Virus record (IMG/VR): IMGVR_UViG_3300017987_005475 | Span: 6,406 to 70,405 of that record | Length of the DNA stretch: 64,000 bases | DNA from: a virus | Lineage: Duplodnaviria; Caudoviricetes | Strand: one strand, 5' to 3' | Shown: positions 1-9,365 of the stretch, one piece after another | Numbering within the stretch: the stretch's first letter is position 1 | How the letters are laid out: every line of letters starts with the position of its first letter | Notes under the pieces: generated by a model | Told to the model about the DNA's origin: nothing | Databases searched by the model: none | What the model saw: the letters and a program-made list of their open reading frames with translations, nothing else | Made by a program: the position numbers and the translations under genes

Positions 1-1
1 C

Positions 2-553
2 GGTCAGTTTGTCGAATGCCGCACGTTTGAAAATGGATTCATCAGGCCAAAATCGAACACAGGTGCCAGACCGTTTACGTTTGGCACTGGATTGCCTCAG
101 TCTCTTGTTTGTTGGCACGGCGTTGACGTACTCACGATACCACTGCGTCTTGCCACGCTGCACTGTCACCTGCATGCGTTTTGAGAGCGCATTGACGACT
201 GCCGCGCCAACTCCATGCAGTCCCCCGCTAGTCTTGTAAAGATTTGAGTCGAATTTGCCCCCGGCGTGCAGCATGGTGAAAACAACATCGACCGTTGGAA
301 TTTTCTCGGTGGGATGCGCCTTGGTTGGAACTCCCCTACCATTGTCCGCCACTTCCACACTGCCATCGTTGTAGAAGACTAGCCGAATTTCGCTACAGTG
401 TCCAGCCATTGCCTCATCGACGGAATTGTCAAGTACCTCCCACACAAGGTGATGTAGACCGAGGCTCGACGTGTCCCCGATGTACATAGCCGGTCTTTTA
501 CGGACGCCCTGGAGCCCGGGAAGCACCGTTATGCTGTGTTCGTCGTATTTCAT
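2..553 (-). CDS. gyrB: DNA gyrase/topoisomerase II subunit B, N-terminal GHKL ATPase part (runs off window start)
   Basis: Manual translation from ATG at 553 (GAGG RBS): MKYDEHSITVLPGLQGVRKRPAMYIGDTSSLGLHHLVWEVLDNSVDEA...DNGRGVP...LHAGGKF...GGLHGVGAAVVNALS. Absent from the ORF track because no stop lies in the window. Confidence 0.95.
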   Translation of the reverse strand, partial: MKYDEHSITVLPGLQGVRKRPAMYIGDTSSLGLHHLVWEVLDNSVDEAMAGHCSEIRLVFYNDGSVEVADNGRGVPTKAHPTEKIPTVDVVFTMLHAGGKFDSNLYKTSGGLHGVGAAVVNALSKRMQVTVQRGKTQWYREYVNAVPTNKRLRQSSAKRKRSGTCVRFWPDESIFKRAAFDKLT

Positions 554-595
554 CTGTTCCTCAAACGTCAGTGCCACCAGGTTTCCGTCTCTGGC

Positions 596-604
596 ATTAT
601 ACCG
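596..604 (-). promoter_or_regulatory. Putative -10 promoter element CGGTATAAT upstream of gyrB
   Basis: Intergenic TATAAT about 43 nt upstream of the ATG; same GGTATAAT core recurs before other replication genes. Confidence 0.55.
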
Positions 605-632
605 TTTCCGTTGAGATTATTAACGGCATTTT

Positions 633-1061
633 TCAAGAATCCGAAGGTTTCTCGTCCGAACTTCCGTCTTTTTCCCGTCTTACCGGAGCCGCGTCACCGT
701 ATTTTATCATCCTTCCATTTCGAAACTCAAGGCAGCGCACAGCAGCAAGTGGCGCTTCCGTGATAGATGCCACAGCCAATCTTTCACCGGGACGCACGAA
801 GTGGATTCCCTCGTCGCCTACCGCAACCACCACAAGCCTCACCGCTTTATCACGCACGCTCGCCGCAACCACCACGATGTCCTCGCGCACTGAAGCGGAC
901 ACAGATAACGCCAAATCACTCGGGAGCGCCATCTTAATCCCGGTATTCACAACAGCCATACGACCGCTCAGCAACATTTCGAAACCAGAAGAATAGAGCG
1001 AAAAAGGATTGCTTGTGATCGGAGGCACAGTCATTTCGCGCTCATAAGACACCACAATCAT
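633..1061 (-). CDS. Hypothetical protein (142 aa)
   Basis: Co-oriented ORF; ATGA overlap with upstream gene; no recognisable motif. Confidence 0.65.
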   Translation of the reverse strand: MIVVSYEREMTVPPITSNPFSLYSSGFEMLLSGRMAVVNTGIKMALPSDLALSVSASVREDIVVVAASVRDKAVRLVVVAVGDEGIHFVRPGERLAVASITEAPLAAVRCLEFRNGRMIKYGDAAPVRREKDGSSDEKPSDS

Positions 1062-1327
1062 GCCATGTCCTCGTATTGTGCCGCCTCATCCGCCGTAAGC
1101 ACACGCGTAATGCCATCAGCGATATTTCGGCATATTTCCCCCAAACTATCGTAGACAACGTGCCCCGGCTCCGCAGATGGTCCACTGCCCTGTACCAATA
1201 CACACCTGAGTAAGGGACCGTCTTTTCCCTGCACCTCTGGACCAGCAATTTTGAAAATACAAACCCCGAACGTGTCTTCTAGTGTTTGCGTCTGAACCTC
1301 GATGTAATCACCTATCCCGACTTCCAT
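1058..1327 (-). CDS. Hypothetical protein (89 aa)
   Basis: AGGAG RBS; follows dnaE directly. Confidence 0.7.
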   Translation of the reverse strand: MEVGIGDYIEVQTQTLEDTFGVCIFKIAGPEVQGKDGPLLRCVLVQGSGPSAEPGHVVYDSLGEICRNIADGITRVLTADEAAQYEDMA

Positions 1328-1336
1328 CTCGCGCTC

Positions 1337-4300
1337 CTATCTCTTGACCACGGTTACGTCTTTGGCACTGTCGAAGAACCGACCTTCCCCTTCATCAAAC
1401 TTCTTGAGGGGAACAGCAATGATGTATCCCTTTTTGACCTGCATCTGGAACTTCCTGAACGCGCTCTGCCACACATAAAAGTCCACCGAATCCACGTCGT
1501 CCGAGAGCGTCACAATCATCATCGGGTTCTTAGCCTTCGACAGGGTTTGCCTCGCCTCGTCAACCCTGCCAAAAACGTAAGTCCTCCCGCGAGTCGACAA
1601 TTTATCAATGGTACACCACCGATTCTCCCTGATTGTTTCGGCATACTCAAAGCGAATCGGCATGCGCGACAGGCACACCCCTATAGCATCAGCCTCCGCG
1701 CGTTGCCACTCTTCCTCACTCATCAGAACTGGTGGCTCTTTTTCTTTCCGCAACTCATAATATCTCTGGAGCACCTCGTTCCGCGTCCCAAACTCGTCAA
1801 AGGCACCCGAGGCAATCAAACTCGCCACCACGCGTTTGTTCGCCTTGCGTCTGTTAATGCGCTTGAAGAAATCATCCAAATCGGCATAGGGCTGGCAACT
1901 CTCCACCAAGGCAGCCGACTTGCCTAGATGTTTGATGTGTGTGAACGAAAACCGAATTTTTCCGTCGTCAATTACAAATTGCGCCTTTGACCGGTTAATA
2001 CACGGTCTCGCCACGCTAATGCCTCTTCTCCGCGCATAGTTAATGTAGATGACATGCGGCGGCGTTGCCCCTTTAACTCCTGCCGTTTTAGCATTGTTGA
2101 TAACCGCGCATAGATACTCGGTCGGATAGTGGTGTTTCAAGAAAAACTCTGCACCTGAAACCGCCGCGTATTCAAAAGCATGCGATTTGCAGAAGCCATA
2201 GCGCGTGAAGCTAAGCGCCAAATCCCACCACAGTCTCACCTCATCTTCAGTTATTTCTCCTCTGGCAATCCTGTCCTTCGCCCCTTCCATAAAACGTTTT
2301 TGCATCGCTTCCAGGATTCTCTCATCCTTCTCTTTAATGAGCACCTTGCGCAACTGATTAGATTCCACGGCAGAGAAACCCGCAAGTTGCTGCGCCATAA
2401 GCATCGCCTGCTCTTGATATGCAATGATTCCATACGTTTCCTGCAATACCTCTCGCAGACATGAGGGAACTTCATATTCAACATTACCCCGTTTGCGTTC
2501 GGCGTATTGTTTGTCCATTCCCATGTCTCTCGGTCCAGGACGAATAAGAGATGTCACCGCACCAATGTCAAAAATAGATTCCATACGCACTGCATCGGCT
2601 ACGGGCTTCGTCGCCGGGTTCTCAAACTGAAAGATACCCACCAAGTCTTGCCGCGAACTTAGCCGGATTGAGTCACGGTGATCAATGTCCACGTCGGCTT
2701 TTGTCAGTTGAATACCCCTGTTCTTCGCCACATTATCTAGCGTATCCTGGATGATGTCGAGGTTAGTGAGCCCCAGAATGTCAAATTTCACCAAACCAAC
2801 CGTGCTTAGTTCATGTGTTGCCATGCCTTCCGTCCATGTCGAAACAATTTGTCCGCTCTTGTCACGGTATACTGGCACTCGGTCAGACAAAACTAAATCA
2901 GAAATGATGACTCCGCCAGCGTGTTTCCCCATGTTCTTAACTTGATTTCGCAGGACCTTGGCGTGCTGATAAATCGCCGGGAACTTCTCCAGGTACTCTT
3001 TCAATTCAGGATAAAACTCGAACAAATCCTCAAAGGGCATTTGATCAACAGCCATTTCCTCATCGCCCAACTCGTGCCTCGTTTGTCCGTCGAGTTTTTT
3101 CGTCACCTTCATGGCGTCCCACACGTCATGCCCAAGTGCCCTGGCTACATCAATAATCACCGAAGCGGTTTTGTAGGTTTGATATGTGCCGATTGAGCAA
3201 GTATGTTCTTCGCCAAATTCCTTGACGATGTGTTCCTTCACCCAATCCCGCTTGCTTTTCCGAAAATCAAGATCGATGTCCGGGCAATCTGTAGTGCGAC
3301 CGTAATCGAGAAAGCGTTCAAACAGTAGCCCGTATCGAATCGGGTCAAGATCTGTAATACCGAGTGAATACGACACCAAAGATCCGCCAGCTGATCCTCT
3401 TCCCCATCCTACCGCAAACTCGCCGTACTGCTTTCTCGCGTCGTTAACGATTTTCTCAACCACCAAAAAGTAATCCTCGTACCCCAGGCGAGTGATTACC
3501 TCCAATTCAAAAGATAACCTCTCGTCGTACTTTTTGATACCCTTCAGACCTCGTTTTCGCAAGCCCTCCCAAGCACGTCTCTCCAACTCGACAGCCGCAT
3601 CATCGTAGAGCCTGGGAAGTTTCAAAGTAGAATCAAGTTCAATGTCGTCACAGCCTACAGCAATCCGTCTCGTGTTCAGAATCGCTTCTTCGAGAATCTC
3701 CTTGGTAAAGACTTCGTTCTGATATTCATAGTGTTGAGAAGTACCATCTTCCAAATAGAAATCAAAACCCTCTTCCCACAATTCCCTGATTCCTTCCTCG
3801 CTTCGATAGCAGAGGTTCTTGGTCTTGAACTGCCAACCCTCATCAACACTGTCATTCTTCTCCAAACTCGTCCTGCCGTAGCGAATGAGCATCAGAATAT
3901 CATGCGTCTCAGAATGCTCCGGATACAAGTAATGACTATCAAGCGTGACGACCATCGGAGCGCCGACCTTCTGAGCGAACCGAATGAGTTTTCGGTTCAT
4001 CTCTATCTGCTCTGGCCACTCGATCATTGTCAGTTCGATGTAAAACTCGTCAAATGCCTCTTTATATCGTTCGTAGGCAACAAGTGCTGCCTCTTCGTCC
4101 TCGTTAGCCAGCGCTGTTGCAATTTCACCCGAATAGCACGCCGACAGAGCCACTATGCCGCTGCCGAATTCCTTCAATGTCGCGTAGTTTGCTCGCGGCA
4201 GGTAGTAGAAACCATTGAGTTGCGCGTCGTTGTGTATCCGGATGATGTTGTAGAAGCCTTCCTCTGTTTTTGCGAGGAGCACCAAGTGAAAATTGCTGCG

Positions 4301-4870
4301 ATGCTGTTTTCGTTCATCCGGATCTTCACCGCGATAGTCATTCACGTAGGCTTCGATGCCAAACAACGGCTTAATGCGCGCCTTCCGACAAGCATTGTAC
4401 TGCTTAATCCAACCCCCAATTCCACCATGATTCGTAACCGCGCAAAAGAGCCCATTTTGCGCCTTCAGTAACTTTACCAGATCCCCTACCTTACCAAGCC
4501 CGTCACGAATCGAAAATTCATCGTGGTGGTGCAGATTGACGAAGGTTTGTCCCCTCGCTTCTAAAACTTTTTCCGCGATGTTTTTGCTCTCTCCCTTGCT
4601 TCCCCACTGCGGTAATTTCTTGCTCCACATGCAATCAACCTGCACCACAAGACGGTAATTTCCGTACTGCACTTCGCCCATGAGAATTTCGTATCCAGTT
4701 TTCTCGTCACCCTTGAACCACGTCACCTCATATTGCGACTTGTCAATCATAAACGCGCTGACGAAGTGAGACACGTCATAGCCTTGCTCAGGACACACAA
4801 TCAGAATGCGGCGTTCTCCTTTGAGCCGCCGTTTTACCTTGTGCTTGTCGTAAAACTCGCCTAGCGTCAT
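1337..4870 (-). CDS. dnaE: DNA polymerase III alpha subunit with about 108-aa N-terminal extension
   Basis: PHP motif FVNLHHHDEFSIRDG, AVTNHG, GWGRGSAGGSLV, catalytic PDIDLDF, KFDILGL, GIFQFE, YGFCKSHA, C-terminal OB fold. Confidence 0.97.
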   Translation of the reverse strand: MTLGEFYDKHKVKRRLKGERRILIVCPEQGYDVSHFVSAFMIDKSQYEVTWFKGDEKTGYEILMGEVQYGNYRLVVQVDCMWSKKLPQWGSKGESKNIAEKVLEARGQTFVNLHHHDEFSIRDGLGKVGDLVKLLKAQNGLFCAVTNHGGIGGWIKQYNACRKARIKPLFGIEAYVNDYRGEDPDERKQHRSNFHLVLLAKTEEGFYNIIRIHNDAQLNGFYYLPRANYATLKEFGSGIVALSACYSGEIATALANEDEEAALVAYERYKEAFDEFYIELTMIEWPEQIEMNRKLIRFAQKVGAPMVVTLDSHYLYPEHSETHDILMLIRYGRTSLEKNDSVDEGWQFKTKNLCYRSEEGIRELWEEGFDFYLEDGTSQHYEYQNEVFTKEILEEAILNTRRIAVGCDDIELDSTLKLPRLYDDAAVELERRAWEGLRKRGLKGIKKYDERLSFELEVITRLGYEDYFLVVEKIVNDARKQYGEFAVGWGRGSAGGSLVSYSLGITDLDPIRYGLLFERFLDYGRTTDCPDIDLDFRKSKRDWVKEHIVKEFGEEHTCSIGTYQTYKTASVIIDVARALGHDVWDAMKVTKKLDGQTRHELGDEEMAVDQMPFEDLFEFYPELKEYLEKFPAIYQHAKVLRNQVKNMGKHAGGVIISDLVLSDRVPVYRDKSGQIVSTWTEGMATHELSTVGLVKFDILGLTNLDIIQDTLDNVAKNRGIQLTKADVDIDHRDSIRLSSRQDLVGIFQFENPATKPVADAVRMESIFDIGAVTSLIRPGPRDMGMDKQYAERKRGNVEYEVPSCLREVLQETYGIIAYQEQAMLMAQQLAGFSAVESNQLRKVLIKEKDERILEAMQKRFMEGAKDRIARGEITEDEVRLWWDLALSFTRYGFCKSHAFEYAAVSGAEFFLKHHYPTEYLCAVINNAKTAGVKGATPPHVIYINYARRRGISVARPCINRSKAQFVIDDGKIRFSFTHIKHLGKSAALVESCQPYADLDDFFKRINRRKANKRVVASLIASGAFDEFGTRNEVLQRYYELRKEKEPPVLMSEEEWQRAEADAIGVCLSRMPIRFEYAETIRENRWCTIDKLSTRGRTYVFGRVDEARQTLSKAKNPMMIVTLSDDVDSVDFYVWQSAFRKFQMQVKKGYIIAVPLKKFDEGEGRFFDSAKDVTVVKR

Positions 4871-5784
4871 GCAAAATCCTTGACATATGCGCGGTCATAC
4901 TTGAATGTGACGGTCCTATTATACCGGGGAAGGACCTTTTTTTCCAATGACGCGACAGAAACGCGTCCCTTTGTTAGAATATTCCAAAACCGAATAAAAT
5001 CCCCCATGTCGTTGTCGTCCGCCGGTCCCACAAAGCGCACCTTCACCCGCTCAGAAAAATCCTCCGCGTTACCAGAAAACGCCTTCGTGTTAGGGACCTC
5101 TATAGGACAGCAACACGCCGCATATCGCGTTGCCAAGGAAAGCCCCGGAAAATACGTTTGTGCCGCCACCAACGGCACCAGATGTACCCCATCCACGTCA
5201 GGCGGTTTCTTACCAACCAACACGCGTCCATGGAAACACGAATCCCAGACCGTCGAATAGCGTTCGTTCAAAACGGCGTATCCATCCCCACAAAACCGAG
5301 CCATCTTTCCAGCCGCGTCTCCGTCCAATTCCTCGTACTCTAGCACCCGTCCTTCGGCGTGTTCCCTATCAGGTTCCAAAAACCACCAGCGCCGACTTCC
5401 AGGCTTTACCTCCGCAGCATACATCTGGACAAGCAAATAGCCCAGCGCGATTGCAGCATCCCCGTAGCGCATGACGTGTATGGCTGCCGATGGATTCTCA
5501 TCCAACACGCCAAGGTCAGGCTCGTCGATAAAAGCGTAATGCCGCAATGGGTCTTTTCGTGGGAGCGCCGACCACCAATTCAAGATATTCGTCAATGCCC
5601 CACCGGCACACACTTTCACCACGGGACACGAGAACCCGCTGGTTGCCGCTGCTGCAATAATCGAAGCAAGCACCCCATCACAGGGTGCTTGCTTCATCGA
5701 CTGATACTGTTTCCCGAGATACACGATTTCCCCGTTATCCCAGGAAAACGTGTGACCCGTCTCTGAGTCATGACCAATTAGCAT
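4867..5784 (-). CDS. Hypothetical protein (305 aa)
   Basis: Long ORF overlapping the dnaE start by 4 nt; no confident motif. Confidence 0.8.
   Translation of the reverse strand: MLIGHDSETGHTFSWDNGEIVYLGKQYQSMKQAPCDGVLASIIAAAATSGFSCPVVKVCAGGALTNILNWWSALPRKDPLRHYAFIDEPDLGVLDENPSAAIHVMRYGDAAIALGYLLVQMYAAEVKPGSRRWWFLEPDREHAEGRVLEYEELDGDAAGKMARFCGDGYAVLNERYSTVWDSCFHGRVLVGKKPPDVDGVHLVPLVAAQTYFPGLSLATRYAACCCPIEVPNTKAFSGNAEDFSERVKVRFVGPADDNDMGDFIRFWNILTKGRVSVASLEKKVLPRYNRTVTFKYDRAYVKDFA
4918..4925 (-). promoter_or_regulatory. Possible internal GGTATAAT -10 element upstream of dnaE
   Basis: Core motif about 48 nt before the dnaE ATG, but inside a coding region. Confidence 0.35.
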
Positions 5785-7041
5785 TTAGTCTGCCTGCCGG
5801 ATTTTCTCCTTGACTTTCGCCGCAAGCATTGGCTCCAACTCGCCAGCCTTCTTGCGTCCGATGTCCCCCAACTCCACGAGCGCCTGGGCTGTCACCAGAG
5901 CGTAGTCAGAGGGCTCGTTGTTGTCCGCCGTCGTAAACCGCACGTACATCTTCCCAACCGCCCCCAGCGGCATTGACGCAAGATGCTGCGCCGGGTCGAA
6001 ACCCTCCAACCCGTTCAACTCATCCATCAATGCGTTTAGGAAAGCAACCGCCCCGCGCAATTCCTTATCGCATTCGGAGCGGGACATTTCTTTCCTCCAC
6101 TCGATGGCAGCCTTGAGATACCCCTTGATGCCATCGACCGTCGCTGTCGTCCGGGACCTCGCCTTTGCTACCCGGAATTTCAGTTTGGTCCCTTTCGTCG
6201 CCGTGTCAAAAATGAGGAAAATACAGTAATCCACGGCTCCAGCCTTACTCCCAGCCATGCGCTCGTAAAGATGGTCGATGTTTTCGCCCTTCACCTCGGC
6301 ACCGTCCACCGCCCGCATTGCACGATGCTCAGCCTTTTCCAAGGTTTGAACAGAGCGAGTCTGGTTGGCATAGACAGTGGCATCACGGGCTTCCTGCAGA
6401 TTCATGGTCTGCAAATTGACGGGGACCTCAGCATCAGGACCGTATGCCAAAGCGAAGAATGCCAAACGATGGCGACCGCTCCAGCATTGCAGATTCTTCG
6501 GACCATCGCTGAGATTTGCCACGTAGATATCCATCCAAGCGCGACCGGCTTCGAGAATAGCCACGGCGGCGTTTTTCACGCCTTTTGGAATCACGCCGGC
6601 AGACAGGTTGACCACGTTGCGCGTCGGTAATTCATGGAATAGCTCACCAACGGCTTCGCGCTCTGCTTTGCTGCCGATTGATGGCGGCTCCCCTCCGATG
6701 AAAACAGCAATGTCCCGGATTTTCGTGGGGGTGCCATTCAATCCACGCACCAACTGCTTCAGCGGAGGCAGTTCGCTCAATCCAACCTTTTTCAGAGCGG
6801 TAGCAATAAACCGTTCTCGTGCGGTCGGTTTGGGAGCATTCTCCGCTTTCGGCTTCCTGCCCCTGCGTTTCGGGGCGGGACTTTGCTGCTCCGCATTGCC
6901 GTCTGTTGGTGCGGCGCGTTTCGCTTTCTTGGCCTTCGGTGCTTTTCCGTCCGATGGTCCGCCCGTCATTGCCTTTTTCTCAACGCCGGAACGTTTCCTC
7001 GCCCCTTTGCCTCCGAATTCTTCCAATCCTTCCTTGCTCAT
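5785..7041 (-). CDS. ParB/Srx-like protein with Lys/Ala-rich N-terminus
   Basis: WSGRHRL resembles the ParB-N DG.HR motif; N-terminal KRRGRKPK basic stretch; AGGAG RBS before ATG at 7041. Confidence 0.5.
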   Translation of the reverse strand: MSKEGLEEFGGKGARKRSGVEKKAMTGGPSDGKAPKAKKAKRAAPTDGNAEQQSPAPKRRGRKPKAENAPKPTARERFIATALKKVGLSELPPLKQLVRGLNGTPTKIRDIAVFIGGEPPSIGSKAEREAVGELFHELPTRNVVNLSAGVIPKGVKNAAVAILEAGRAWMDIYVANLSDGPKNLQCWSGRHRLAFFALAYGPDAEVPVNLQTMNLQEARDATVYANQTRSVQTLEKAEHRAMRAVDGAEVKGENIDHLYERMAGSKAGAVDYCIFLIFDTATKGTKLKFRVAKARSRTTATVDGIKGYLKAAIEWRKEMSRSECDKELRGAVAFLNALMDELNGLEGFDPAQHLASMPLGAVGKMYVRFTTADNNEPSDYALVTAQALVELGDIGRKKAGELEPMLAAKVKEKIRQAD

Positions 7042-7110
7042 TCTTGTTACTCCTAAATGTGGCAAAGTGTTTCTGCTGCCGGTAATTAAGTTCCCTCTTT
7101 GTTGCGAACT

Positions 7111-8049
7111 TCAATCTCCTCCTTGTTCTCGTTTTGACAAAATGTAGTCTACAACTTCCTTTCTAATTCCCTCCTTGATGGCTGCTCTCTCCAGCATTTC
7201 GAATACATCCGCAGAACTCGCTTCCAGTTCTCTGATGCTCTCAACGAACCCACTGACATCAAGCATCTCTGGACGTTCGCGAATCTGCTCAATCAACATC
7301 TCACCAAACACGTCTTCCCCAGAGACCGCCGATTCCAGCAGAATTTCCTCGACTTCCACTGGTTTGCCGGCTTCAGCAGTCAAAATACCGCACCTAACAG
7401 GGCGCTGGCGTTCGTTTATAGCCAACCTCGCCAGCGCGCCTGGTCCCCAAACCAAAGTGCCTTGCTCCTCCGTCGGCGGCATACCGATATGCAAATCACC
7501 GAAAATGATGGCACTGAACGCACACGGAAGAAAATCCTTGAGCATATTTGTCTGATACGGTTTCTCATCCACCGTGATCAGATGGTGAGCGCACAACACG
7601 GATTTTTTCCTCTTTGAGACCGCCTTGGATGACACAGAAGTCTTGAAATCGTCGTATACGTGACAGGGATACAAGACCACGTCCCCCATCTCAAGCGGCT
7701 CGTGAAGCGTCTGAAATTGGCTACAGTGACGCTCCACGAAGGATAGGGTAGAAGTCTTGAAACTGGTTGGGTTGTAGCCCACCAAATCATGTTGTCCGGT
7801 GATGGCGTATGTCTTAACCTTGGAAGCACAAATCACGTCCATGGCTTCGTTTATGATTTCGTAACTGAAAATGCGGTGATTGTTAAAAAAATCACCCAGA
7901 AACACGACACAATCTACGTCGCGTCTGTTGGCGATGTCATAAACCTCTTGTAATTTTCGGATTAGAGCGCCGCAGAAATCATCCGTGCGATGGACAGGAC
8001 GTTTCCCCGTCAAGTGCATGTCGGTGAATACGGCTATTTTTGTTGGCAC
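7111..8049 (-). CDS. Mre11/SbcD-like calcineurin-type metallophosphoesterase
   Basis: Motifs DMH, GDFF, GQHD (canonical GNHD), CAHH, GDLH, PGAL.R. Confidence 0.88.
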   Translation of the reverse strand: MPTKIAVFTDMHLTGKRPVHRTDDFCGALIRKLQEVYDIANRRDVDCVVFLGDFFNNHRIFSYEIINEAMDVICASKVKTYAITGQHDLVGYNPTSFKTSTLSFVERHCSQFQTLHEPLEMGDVVLYPCHVYDDFKTSVSSKAVSKRKKSVLCAHHLITVDEKPYQTNMLKDFLPCAFSAIIFGDLHIGMPPTEEQGTLVWGPGALARLAINERQRPVRCGILTAEAGKPVEVEEILLESAVSGEDVFGEMLIEQIRERPEMLDVSGFVESIRELEASSADVFEMLERAAIKEGIRKEVVDYILSKREQGGD

Positions 8050-8083
8050 GCTTCATCTCCTGAATCAAGTGGCTTCGAGAGTC

Positions 8084-8093
8084 ATTATACCAA
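8084..8093 (-). promoter_or_regulatory. Putative extended -10 promoter TTGGTATAAT
   Basis: Intergenic, 35 nt upstream of the GTG start; identical 10-mer at 16360, 19062 and 36271. Confidence 0.65.
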
Positions 8094-8130
8094 CGAAGCC
8101 GAAAAATTGATTCAGGAAAAAGCGATTTTT

Positions 8131-8529
8131 TCAACGAACATTGAACGTGGCAATGCCGTCTCTCACGTTCTTTAGTTTGAATTTGGGACTGTATTTCTCT
8201 TGCAGGTGGCTCAGCAGGGCAAGCGCTCTGGGGTCACCATCGCCCTCGTAGGCTTGTTTAGGTTTGACTACGAGGTTCGCGCTGGCGACGTAGGGATGAC
8301 CTTTGAATTTACCCAATTTCATTTCGAGATTTCCCTGCAGCCCTCTTCCTGCAAGGTCGGATTTCAGCGCCGCGTCCATCTTCCTAATGGCATTCTGTGC
8401 CTCGCGGTCAATGAAGCGCTTAGCCTCCTCCCGGATGTCGAAAAAAAGCGCTTTGAACATATCGTCCGGGCGCTTTTTCCCAATCCGTTTTGCTGCAATT
8501 CTCTGAGCGATTGCGCTTTCGTCAATCAT
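8131..8529 (-). CDS. Hypothetical protein (132 aa)
   Basis: Co-oriented ORF with 4-nt overlap to upstream gene. Confidence 0.75.
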   Translation of the reverse strand: MIDESAIAQRIAAKRIGKKRPDDMFKALFFDIREEAKRFIDREAQNAIRKMDAALKSDLAGRGLQGNLEMKLGKFKGHPYVASANLVVKPKQAYEGDGDPRALALLSHLQEKYSPKFKLKNVRDGIATFNVR

Positions 8530-8918
8530 CGCCAGATATTTTCCTCACCAGTACTCCGTTCGCGACCAGCGAGATTTTCATAGGCATCGGGCTCATTGCC
8601 ACTGACAGGTATTGAGGAACTCAGGACCTGGTCGCACACCGTTTGCCGATGCGTCAAGGTAACGCGCGTGTGTAGAAGCCCGTGCATAAGACCGGCGTCA
8701 TCAGCAGCCGGCACCCCCACCTTGACGGGAAAATCCACCGGCCAATTCTCTGGTGAATTCATCCGAAACTTGCGAGCCGACGCGGGTGTAATGCCACCTC
8801 CTAGCGCGTTGCCAGCCTTGCCAGGGGTAAAATCCGTCCTCTCCTCCTGCGACGGGGCATCCTGCAGATAGTAGGTTTTGTCGTCTAGTTTCCACTCGAC
8901 GCGCTCGTTTGTGGCCAT
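8526..8918 (-). CDS. Hypothetical protein (130 aa)
   Basis: AGGAG RBS; operon context. Confidence 0.72.
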   Translation of the reverse strand: MATNERVEWKLDDKTYYLQDAPSQEERTDFTPGKAGNALGGGITPASARKFRMNSPENWPVDFPVKVGVPAADDAGLMHGLLHTRVTLTHRQTVCDQVLSSSIPVSGNEPDAYENLAGRERSTGEENIWR

Positions 8919-8930
8919 ATCTCTACTCCT

Positions 8931-9353
8931 CTAAACCTCGGTGGCTCCAACTTCGCCAACGTCTCCTGGTCCCACGGGTGTCTCTGTACCGTTCTCGCGC
9001 ATGGCACACGTCGCCACCTCCTCGAACCGCTTTCGTACTGTCTCGTCCATGAACGGATACAATGCGACCTCTTCAGGGTCGTGCTGTTTGATGATTCCCG
9101 TGTGCCAGTAGACGTACACCTTGTTCTCGACACAGTTAACCTTGGTCACCATGCCGTATGTGTCATCTCCCTCGACCATCATCGGCTTAACCATGTCGCC
9201 AAAACGAAATTGTTTGATTGCCGCGAAATCAGATTGGAGAGGAGCCACCTTAAGAGGCGATACTTCCTGCACCACGCTTGTCGCTGTTCGCACTTGTTGG
9301 CTACGCATGATTAGGCGACCAATGGCAAGAAGTTCTCTGGCGATTCGTTCCAT
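8931..9353 (-). CDS. Hypothetical protein with N-terminal IARELLAIGRLI tag
   Basis: N-terminal motif shared with several structural-region proteins; central SH3-like beta segment. Confidence 0.75.
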   Translation of the reverse strand: MERIARELLAIGRLIMRSQQVRTATSVVQEVSPLKVAPLQSDFAAIKQFRFGDMVKPMMVEGDDTYGMVTKVNCVENKVYVYWHTGIIKQHDPEEVALYPFMDETVRKRFEEVATCAMRENGTETPVGPGDVGEVGATEV

Positions 9354-9365
9354 CCTAGCGCGTCC

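Noticed and set aside
5785-7041. DndB/phosphorothioate system component
   Set aside because: The motif is SGRHR rather than DGQHR, and no dnd or ssp genes are present.
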